Source of the DNA: Diploschistes diacapsis
Lineage: Eukaryota
Assembly: GCA_023645945.1 (NCBI GenBank)
Contig: JALAIB010000025.1
Span: 1 to 45,748 of the forward strand
DNA: 45,748 nt
Direction of reading: 5' to 3'
A program made the position numbers and the translations under genes. Of the stretch, positions 1-9,063 are shown in pieces (positions within the stretch are counted from its first letter, which is position 1; each line of letters starts with the position of its first letter). The notes under the pieces are model-generated. The model was not told the DNA's origin. It saw only the letters and a list, made by a program, of their open reading frames with translations, and made no database searches.

Positions 1-70
1 AAGTAGTAATAATAGTAGTAGTAGTAATTATGGTGGTAGTAATATTAATAATAATAGTAATATAATAGTA
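1..70. repeat. AT-rich degenerate (TAG/TAA)n low-complexity tract
   Basis: aagtagtaataatagtagtagtagtaattatggtggtagtaatattaataataatagtaataatagta: mixed TAG/TAA/TGG triplets with almost no C. It continues past the window edge. Confidence 0.75.
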
Positions 71-119
71 GCACGTAATGCCAATAACTGAGTGCTGACC
101 CCATTATTCAAGTCATATA

Positions 120-329
120 ACGTGTTCCACCACTTAACGGCCCACCCCACAAAGCGGCTCACAATCCCTGCACCTTCGTAAAATGTATTTCTTAACATTT
201 TCACCTTTCATACAAATAATTTTATGTGTGGTTGTGGGGCTCAAAAGCTCGCTTAAAACTATCTAGCGCAATTACCTTATAATGTAGTGAGCCGCTTTGT
301 GGGGTGGGCCGTTAAGTGGTGGAACACAT
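120..329. mobile_element. Non-autonomous TIR element (MITE-like), probably of the Tc1/mariner-pogo (Pot2/Fot1/Tan1-like) group
   Basis: 43-bp terminal inverted repeats at 120-162 (ACGTGTTCCACCACTTAACGGCCCACCCCACAAAGCGGCTCAC) and 287-329, identical at 42/43. The left end is TA|ACGT (TA at 118-119). The right flank is TG rather than TA. The 124-bp AT-rich interior has no transposase. Confidence 0.8.
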
Positions 330-1124
330 TGCCCTAAACAATCATACACTTACCAAGGATTTTACCCAGTCACTGATCCTTGTTGTTCTTTTCATCCTCC
401 AGCTTCTTCACCTGCAAAATGACCCCCTTTCTATGTTCCTTCGACGCCTTGATAAGGTACCATCCAACATGCAAAACCTACGAGGTACCCCGGCACGGAC
501 TATTCCGTACTACTCCGTATACGTGGTGCCTTTACTCGAAAACCACAGCCACAAAGGACTACTACCTACTTACTACAAGTCTCGCCGATTGACAGTGTGT
601 ATGTACAGTACGAAGTAGGTATGTGGATGGTGGATGGTGGATGGTGGCTGATCTACTGCCACTACCACCTCGTGCTGCAGGTCCGGGCTGAACCTAATAG
701 CAAGGCACCACGAACACTCACGGACTATACTGTGCTCTTTCCTTTTACGACGCTGCTTGTGGTACAGCTCGTTGGAAGTCGTTTCGGATGTTGTGTTCCC
801 ATGCTGCCTCAAGCTGCCCAATCTCTTCGTGCTGTTGTTGCAGAATGCGAGAGCATCTTTCGAGGCTATGCGCTTCATCTTCGGGCTTCGATATATTATC
901 TAGGTTGTATGCTCTCGTGTCTTCTCCATCAACATTTCTCCTTTAGCATTGTTTCCTAGATCACCTTTACCTTTTCTTTGATTCCCTTCTTTACCCTTCT
1001 CTTAAAACTTCTTCAGCCTGTCCCGGCTAGCACATCGAGTCTCCTGGCGAGCACGGTGTTTCGCTTCTAAATCTCTCTTCAAAACAAAAGACATAATCGC
1101 AACCTGAACCGGACATCAGTCATC

Positions 1125-1326
1125 ATGAAGGGCGCTCTCCAGACGTCGGCAATCCTCCTGCCTTTGATCCTATCTCTTCCCGCGGAGGCTGTTCCCAAAA
1201 GGGGAAAGGCCAGTGGCGGCTCCAGCAGCACTCAGGGCGGGAACCAGGTGTCGACCAAGTACGATTTTTCAAAAGACAAGTTTGGCGATGGCGCTACCTT
1301 GAACATCCCCACCCAGTAAGTTTCGC

Positions 1327-1361
<35 letters not shown>

Positions 1362-3088
1362 GCTATTTCGGACTAACTGGTCGCAGGAATGGCATCAAGG
1401 GCGGAAACACCGTGAGCCGACGAAGCCTCGAAGACTTTGACCTTTACGTTCGCGAAGCACTCGCCGAGCCGAAGAAGAAGAAGTCGGGTTCGACAACATC
1501 GGGCGGCAACCAGGTGCAGACAACCTATGAATTCAATAAAGACCAGTTTGGCAACAATGCCGTCCTCAATCTCGGTGTCCAGAACGGCGTGCAGGGAGGA
1601 GGAACCAAAGGCAAGCGGGCCATTGCAGATCTCGAGCTTTTCATTCGGGACCTCGAGGAGGAAATCCTGTATAGACGCGAGGCCGAGGCCGAGCCTTTCC
1701 TCAACGGCGGCGCTGCCAAGGGCGGCGACAGTAGGACCAAGGGCGGCAATCAGGTAAGAACTTATGAAAACACCCTCGGCAGACCATATACTAACCACGC
1801 TTGGCAGATCAAGAACAACAACAGTGCGAAAGGGGGCAGCTATGGGCCCGGCACGACGATCAACATGTCAAACCAGAACCAGCAAACGGGAGGAAATACT
1901 ATGGGTGGCAAGGGCGGCGCGAATACTGGCAATGGCGGCGGTGGAGGAGGTTTCTCCATGCCCATCCAGATGCCGCCCTTTGTCCGACGCTCGCTCGACT
2001 ACTCAGAGGCCCACGAGGGAGGCCTGAACCAAATCAGCACGCATCACCGCTTGGGACCCAACGGAATGAGTATGCACTCGACTATTCGTCAAAAAGGTGG
2101 GAACGCACAAGGTCGCGACGGTGCCTCGAATTCCGCCAACGGTGCGGATGGCAAGAGCGTTACCCTTCCCACCCTTCACCTTCGCCGCTGGCTCGAGATC
2201 CGCGACGCCGAGGCTGAAGCATTGATGGACGGCGGAGGTGCCAAGGGCGGCGACTCCAAGTCCAATGGCGGTAACCACGTAAGTTCATAGGAGATCCATT
2301 TGTTAGACCCCAAGTACTAAGCACTCTGGACAGATCAAGAACCACAACAGTGTCAAGGGTGGCAAGTACGGCGCAAACTCGAATATCCAGATGGGCAACC
2401 AGAACATCCAGAACGGTGGAAACACCAGGGGTGGGAAGTACGTTTGAATCCCGCAGGTCAGGAAGGCTCTCGTACTAACAGCGCGCAGTGGAGGGATGAA
2501 TACGGGCAGCGGAGGTGCAGGAGGAAGCTTTTCGATCCCCATGCAGATGCCGCCCATGCGACGCTCGCTCGAGTATCTGCGGTCACGCGACGCTTTTGCG
2601 GAACCCGAGCCCTTTTTGAACGGCGGCGCCGCCAAGGGCGGTGACTCCAAGACCAAAGGCGGGAATCAGGTATGAACCCGGAGGCTTGGAGCTGGAAGGA
2701 GTACTAATACGTCTGGCAGATCAAGAACCACAACAGCATCAAGGGGGGCAAATACGGCCCCGGAACTACCATCTATGCCGGTAACCAGAATTCGCAGGTG
2801 GGCGGCAACACAAAGGGAGGCAACGGCGGCGTCAACACCGGCAACGGCGGAGGAGGAGGAACTTTCTCCATGCCCATCCAGATGCCGCCCTTTGCCAGAC
2901 GCTCGCTCGACTACCTAGAGACCCGGGATGCCGACGCGGAGGCGGAGGCGGAGGCGGATGCGGATATTGACATCTACTACGAGCTCTATGCGCGAGAAGC
3001 GTTTGCCGACCCCGATGCCGAGGCCGAAGAGTTCGACCTGCACGCACGCGATGCTTTCTTCGACGATGATTACGAGCTGAATTACTAG
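1125..3088 (+). CDS. Secreted Kex2-processed repeat polyprotein (KEP), ~560 aa, with Gly/Asn/Gln-rich cargo peptides separated by acidic spacers
   Basis: Exons 1125-1315, 1387-1753, 1808-2278, 2334-2437, 2489-2669 and 2720-3088 total 1683 nt and are open through all five GT..AG introns, each with a CTAA(C/G/T) branch point. Signal peptide MKGALQTSAILLPLILSLPAEA. Repeated KR/RR and LxxR sites are followed by EA/DA/EP dipeptides. Three 77-78-aa repeats align without gaps. Confidence 0.9.
1331..1359 (+). repeat. poly-T homopolymer (29 nt) in intron 1 of the KEP gene
   Basis: Uninterrupted T run between the donor GTAAGT (1316) and the branch point GACTAAC (1371-1377). Confidence 0.9.
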
Positions 3089-3220
3089 GCCAGAGTTGTT
3101 GCGGTCGGTCAGGGGACAGCGATGTTTGGAGGGGGTGGCGAGAGCTCGTTACTCATGCATCGCATTGTGTACGTGAGCGGCGTTGGCTCTCTTTCTTGAC
3201 TTGTATTTAAAGCCTTGCCC

Positions 3221-3490
3221 ACATAATTCAGCAAAAATACCTCGTTCAGAACCAGGCTGCCTTCTGCGCACGTCATGCATCATGTCCGGCACTTGCTGCA
3301 TCAATTCTGTCTGTCTGTCTGTCGTCCTAAGAAACCATACTTTTTGACAGGTTTCACTTGAGCAGTTGGTTGTTTCAACATAATTCAGCAAAATAGAACT
3401 CGGCTGCCTTCTGTGCGCGCGTGTGCACACGCCCGTGAATCTTGTCTCTTAACGTCCCGTCTGCCGTCCTAAGAGACGATACTTTTGAAC
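3221..3490. repeat. Degenerate tandem duplication (~140-160 bp period) in the intergenic region between converging genes
   Basis: ACATAATTCAGCAAAA...GGCTGCCTTCTG at 3221 and 3378. GTCGTCCTAAGAAACCATACTTTT (3321) versus GCCGTCCTAAGAGACGATACTTTT (3463). Confidence 0.7.
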
Positions 3491-3892
3491 GAGTTTTCGC
3501 TCGAAGAAGCAGCTTGGTCGACCAAAACGTCCGAGGCGCCTTTCGAAAGCACTGCTGCGCGGGCCCGCACGCACACGTCCCATGACATGAGCCAGGGGGA
3601 AAGGTCCTCCAAGATAACCGCGGAGCGAGCTAGTTTTTGCACGGAGCCATCGCTCGCGAACGCTCTCCTCGAAAAAAGCGCCTCCGTCCCTTTCTGGGCG
3701 AGTTGGATGATTGTGGCCCTGTCCCCAGCTCACAGTTTGCGCGCTCGCCAAAGACGCCCAGGGGGCCCCCCCCCCCTCAGCAACTGTTTTATTATCGATG
3801 GGAAAAAGTCCTACCTGGCCGAGAGGATTTCTCGGTAGCGGCGTCTATCGAGCCCAGTCCCTCGCTGCATCCTCCTCCTCCTCCTTCTCCTC

Positions 3893-5483
3893 CTACACAA
3901 CCGTCCAAGGCCCGTCACCCGCCTTTCTCCCGGACCACAATCCTCCCCCCAGCACCCTCCTGAGCAGCACGTACGCCGACACCAGCGATCCCCGCAGCAG
4001 CGCGCCCAGCCTCCGTCCCATCGTCATCGAAGACACTCTGCCCTCCTCCTCCATTCCCATCTCCACCTCCGTCTGCATCTCCCTCTCCGTCTCCCTCTCC
4101 GCATCCCACGCCTGCCCCGCCGCCGCAGCGGCGTCGTGGCCCCACAGCCACGGCTGGAACACGGGGTCGGCCCACGCGTTCGGGTGCCCGTCGAAGGGCG
4201 CCAGCGCCATCAGCCGGTCGCGCTCGCGCTGCTGCGCGCCGTCCGGGAAGCCGTGCGTCGCGCGCATCGCGTGGCTGCGGCGCCGGACCTGCGTTGCGCG
4301 CGGCAGCCGGACCCGTTCGTACAGCGAGAGCACGCGCGGGAGATCGGAGGGGCGAGTGCATTTCCTGCAGAGGGCGCTCAGGGCGACGGCGTCTTCGAGG
4401 GCTTGCGCTGCACCTTGGCCCCTGGGCTCACGGTCAGCGTGACAGGGAAAAACTGAGGGAGGTCGAGGGGGAAGGGGGAGGAGAGGCTTACAGGTATGGC
4501 AGCATGCCGTGTGCAGCGTCCCCCAGCAGTGCGAAGCTGCCTTCCGGCGAAGTCCAGGCTGCGATGTCGCTGCCGCGGAACATGGTCCATTTGCGCGTCT
4601 CCTGGGCGAGCTCGAGGAGCGACCGCAGCCTGGGGTCCCAGTCTTTGAATCGCGCTTCCAGTTCTTCGATAGATGCTTCCTGGGGCCCTATTGCCGAATC
4701 GCCTTCTTTCTCGGGCCCGCCGAGGAAGACGTTGAAGAGGTCGTCTTTCTGCAGGAGATAGCTCACCACGTGCGAGTGCGGGCCGAACCAGGCGTTGATG
4801 TTGGGCGGCTCCATCAAGCTGTGCAGCTCTGGGCGTTTGCGCATGGCTGCGGCTTGCAGCACGATTCGGAAGCCCAGGTCGCCGCTTCGTAGAGGAGGGT
4901 CGGGTCTGCCGAGGAGGATCTCGCGGCATCGGGAATTCTGCCCGTCGGCTCCGATGATGAAGCTGCCGGAATACGCCTCCCCCGAGCTCAATCGAACCTC
5001 TGCTCTTGCAAAGTCGATCTCGCTCACGCCGGCGTTTAGCTTGATTTCGACGCCTAGAAACAGGGCTTCTTCGTACAAAACCCTATGGAGGTCTGCACGG
5101 TGCACGTCGAAGTGGGGGAAGCCGTATTTGTCCATGCAGTAGGGAATCAAATTCTGCCTGGAGAGCACAGAACCATCCCGATAAGACCGCAGTACAATGT
5201 CTTTTGGATCGATCGCGTATTGCATTACCTTCTCCAGGATGCCGAGATCGTTGAGAGCTCGAGCTGCATTGGATGCCACTTCGATCCCAGCACCAACCTG
5301 TGCATGCTTAGCGGAGCCGTAGTATTTGCGCCTGATGCTTAGAAGCTCACTGACCTCGCGGATCTCGTCAACCTTCTCGAGAACCAGTACTGCGAAACCA
5401 GCCTTTCGAATCCCTATCGCAGCGGCGAGCCCTCCGAGGCCAGCACCGACTATTATCGCGCGACAGGATGGTTTAAAGGTCAT
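3893..5483 (-). CDS. FAD-dependent monooxygenase (group A; salicylate hydroxylase-like)
   Basis: Exons 5483-5355, 5297-4492 and 4421-3893. Motifs: GAGLGG Rossmann fold, VGAGIE, HRADL, IGADG, LLGDAAHGMLPYLGQGAAQALEDA, and C-terminal PNAWADPVFQPWLWGHDA. Confidence 0.92.
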
Positions 5484-6906
5484 TGTCGGTGATAAGATGG
5501 CTTCTGAGATGATCCACGAGGGTACGGTATGAAGCAGGTCCTCGAAGGCACTGGCACGGGAAATGAAGAGTCGGAAATTCACTTACGCGATCTCTTCAAG
5601 GACGTGACCATCGTCTATCCGGCGAGACGTGAGACTGAGGCGCGGCTTGAAAAAGGCACAATGTCGGGCGGGCACTTCGGGTTCTCAATTCTGGAACGAG
5701 AGCATGTGGAAATTGCTTCCTATTCTTTTGTGCTTCTCTGATGCCGTTTCTGGATACACGGGTTGCAAGGCATCAACCACGCCTTGCACTGTACAGGAGC
5801 GCTCCATCCAGAAGAATGCATCCAGATGCGAGGCGCAGCACACAAAACACCTAGTGCATACTAATGGAGTGTTTTAACATTTCTGATCTTTCCATTTGAA
5901 CCAGCCTGATCTCCCATTCGGATCCTTTAGGTCTGGATTGGGGCAGGATGGTTGAAGGATCACTTGTGATACTGCGCCATGCCCTATTCGGGAGGGTCTT
6001 GAGCTGGTTATATCTATACCGAGCACTGCATCGATGGCATTCGAGGCTGTGGGATTTGGGCGCGTTTGCGCGGTACGTGGATTGATAAGCCATAGAAGTA
6101 AAAATATGATTTCTAGCAACCATGGCTCATCCGTGGATCATAGCCTTTGAGGAAGATTCCTAAGCGCACGCACCAACTCCACAAGCTCTTGTGTAGATCC
6201 GTGCTCGTGCTGCGATAGTACTGCCTGGTGGACTTGATTTCATCGTGAACCCTACGTCTGCAGTTGACGTGGTTGATGGCTAGTATCTAGGTAAAGCAAT
6301 TGTGTGTCATGATGCTACGGTAGTGGCTGGTCCTACCCTCATGTGGTTGCGAGGCGGGGCGTAACAGCTTTACAAAAACACTTGTTAAGCAGATGGTGTC
6401 GACAATCCGTTTCCGGGCTATGGAATTTCCATGCAAAAGGGGGTGTTGTCGGTTTCTGCCTTCGGCTCGGGATAAAGCAGGGCTCCCGTGCACGGCGCGG
6501 CATCAAACGTTGCATGTTGCATTCGTGGAGGATTTCGCGGTATACGCCATATTAGTGCTTAGAGACGTTGATATGATGAGGCGCATTAGAGTGCGATCCT
6601 ACGCACTTGCCAGTGCTACTGCTAGGGTCCCGAGATTATTAGCCTTGGTATCTAATTAAATTCATCAGCAACCTATAACTCAGGTCCAGCCACGGTTGGT
6701 GCGACATCCGAGTGTTACGTTGGACGTTGGGAGACTGAAAAGGTTATTGTAAGAGGATATTGGGTCAGTGAGCATCTCGCTCGTCCCCATGGTCGCTACG
6801 GCAAGTTCATCATATCCCGAACTGGCAAGCTTCATATGCTTCTAATGTTCGTGAATTGGTAAGAGAACTAGAGCCTAACTACAGCCTCAAAGGAACCATA
6901 GGCCGA

Positions 6907-7893
6907 TTACCGCCCAGCATTCAGCCGCGAGACATACTGGACCAAGCTTCCCAGCACGATACTTAGCCCAGTGAAGAGCCAAGAACCCCGGTGAAACCAC
7001 CAGGCACAGTCTGCGGGATTCTTCAAGTCTACAGTGACGACCATTGTCGCACCACTGATTGCTACACAGACACATCCAAGATAGTAAGAAAGCCCTGCAT
7101 CGATAAAGCTGCCGGCAGCGATCAGCAAGGCGACCTGTAGTAAACAGAGACAAGAAAGGAATGGCTTGGCGATAGCTTCGAAACGGATGGCGATTGACCG
7201 GACGCCCTCCTTTTTGTCGTCTCGAATGTCCTGGTGAGCATAGACAGTATCGTAGAGAATAGTCCACGCTATTCCCGAGCCATAAAGAAATGCCACGACC
7301 GGCAGAACTTGCCGGTCAGTAATCGGATCAAGGCCCATTGCGACGAAGCCCATGACGAAGCCGTAAGCCCAAGTAAATCCAAGAATGACCTGCGGGTAGT
7401 CTGTACATCGTTTCCCAAGAGGATACAAGGCAATCAGAAGGATTGATGGGATACCATAGTAGACGCATCGGAGAGGGAAGAGGTGGAATATTCCAATACC
7501 CAAAAGACTCTGGAACACGTTGTAGAGTAGTGCTGCTCGGGTCGAGATGGCACGCCGTGCGAGAGGTCTGTTCTTCGTCCTAGTGACTCGTCGATCTATA
7601 TCCTGGTCCAATACATCGTTCCACGTGCAGGCAGCACCTCGAAAGATTATAGAGCCAACGAAGAACAAGAGAGCTGTCTTGAGGACATCAATTGGGGCTG
7701 CAATAGGCTTGGTGAGAGAGGCCGCGAGTAGAGTTGCTGCGAGTGCTGGCAGGTAGAGATAGAGCGTGCCGGCAGGCTTTCCGAACCGTATGAGCTCCAA
7801 GTAGGGCCCGAAGGCTGAAGGCTTGCTGGTGCTCAACGGAGGCAGCAGCTCTGCCTTCTCGTTGGGAAAATTCATGTATGGAAATGACTGCAT
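6907..7893 (-). CDS. UbiA-family aromatic prenyltransferase (4-hydroxybenzoate polyprenyltransferase/COQ2-like), intronless
   Basis: Aspartate-rich motifs WNDVLDQDIDRRVTRTKNRPLA and YDTVYAHQDIRDD, plus PYLELIRFGKPAG and KRCTDYPQ, and multiple TM helices. Start is ATG 7893 or 7875. No obvious mitochondrial presequence. Confidence 0.92.
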   Translation of the reverse strand: MQSFPYMNFPNEKAELLPPLSTSKPSAFGPYLELIRFGKPAGTLYLYLPALAATLLAASLTKPIAAPIDVLKTALLFFVGSIIFRGAACTWNDVLDQDIDRRVTRTKNRPLARRAISTRAALLYNVFQSLLGIGIFHLFPLRCVYYGIPSILLIALYPLGKRCTDYPQVILGFTWAYGFVMGFVAMGLDPITDRQVLPVVAFLYGSGIAWTILYDTVYAHQDIRDDKKEGVRSIAIRFEAIAKPFLSCLCLLQVALLIAAGSFIDAGLSYYLGCVCVAISGATMVVTVDLKNPADCAWWFHRGSWLFTGLSIVLGSLVQYVSRLNAGR

Positions 7894-9063
7894 AACTGTG
7901 CAATGGTGGGAGACGACCAACGACCACTTTATTCAACGAACGTACTAGTTCTCACAATGGTGAAGTGGAAGACGAATGCTGACCGATGGAAACAGTGGGA
8001 TAGGGGGGTTAATAGAAGGAGGACACAACTCTTAGCACCTAGTTCCAGCCTAGATGTAGGCGCCGTTGCAGTTGCTCCCAGTCTGCAGATTGTGTTCTGT
8101 TACCCGGTAGTATGGGGGCCAAGAATTGCCATATATCCGAGCGTGTCAAAACAACGAAAGAGACGGGCATAGCACATGACGGTGCCTTCATGGACCCAGA
8201 GCTCGCGACATTAGAAGTCTCGCTTTGCATGGTTGTTTTTCACCATGCTTGGAGTAAGAGCCACGATCCCTATATGCAACAGTAAGAGTCCGAAAGGGGT
8301 ATTGGTTACTGGAGGTTGCTGCCTACTTGAGACGGTACCTATTCCTTCCGTGCCTTTGCGTCTTTAGATGAAGCTGTAAAAGAAGAGTCTTTATGCAATG
8401 CAACTACACCCATCTCTACTGAGCCGGGGCGTCAAGTCTTCAACTGAGCATGAGGCTGCAAGACGATAGCGCCATACCGTCACATCAGCCCGTTAGAGAG
8501 CTACCACAAGGCTTGCTCGCCCAAGAAAAACGAAGCGCGAGACAGGCAGTATAGGACGAGCGCGGTCAGAATAGCTATGCTGCACAGAAGAAGCTTTTCC
8601 CATGAAACAATCGCACACCTGTGTCCGTGCAACAAGTGCACCATCACCTCCTGGGTAACATTCTCCTGGGCTCGACTCTACTTTATGCCTTCAAGGCAGT
8701 CCAGGTCTGTGCCTCCTGGATTCAGTTAATAAGATCCTCTACAAGCCGTGCCATGGCTTCTGGCTAGACGCTCAGTGTACTGCGCCATGTCATTTGCATG
8801 CTTCTATTGTTTTGGTTTTACTGTCAAACGTGCATCCCATGTAACTTTTTTATGATGGTTAGACTGCTTTCATCCAAAGGATTCCACTTCTGGTTGTGGA
8901 CCATGAATATGGTGGCATACTTCGAGTCTCACCTTGCTTGGAAGGTGCACAGTGTATGGCATGCTAGGAGTTTCTTACAAGCTGGGGCCTTGATATTCAC
9001 CTTTTACCGCCCTGTTGTTTCTCTTCTCATTTCTTGACAGATATCGACCGTATCTATACAATC

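Noticed and set aside
1..70. Possible telomeric repeat at the window start
   Set aside because: The units are TAG/TAA triplets, not TTAGGG/CCCTAA.
316..959. ORFs of 70-120 aa upstream of the KEP gene
   Set aside because: No motifs, splice-supported structure or coding-like bias; one starts inside the TIR. Probably promoter sequence.
1608..1618. G-K-R at the end of peptide P2 as a C-terminal amidation signal
   Set aside because: It occurs in only one peptide of a very Gly-rich protein, and PAM-type amidation is not established in ascomycetes.
1125..3088. Alpha-factor-like pheromone precursor or ustiloxin/dikaritin RiPP precursor
   Set aside because: It uses the same processing code, but the cargoes are 47-78 aa rather than ~10-13 aa or shorter, lack the pheromone WCxxxGQPC-type pattern, and no DUF3328 gene is visible in the window.
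3449..4929. Numerous overlapping 100-240-aa ORFs on both strands
   Set aside because: These are shadow ORFs of the GC-rich FMO exons and adjacent low-complexity sequence, with no recognisable motifs.
6907..7893. Assigning the symbol COQ2
   Set aside because: Intronless, no apparent mitochondrial presequence, and an accessory neighbourhood; orthology cannot be established without a phylogeny.
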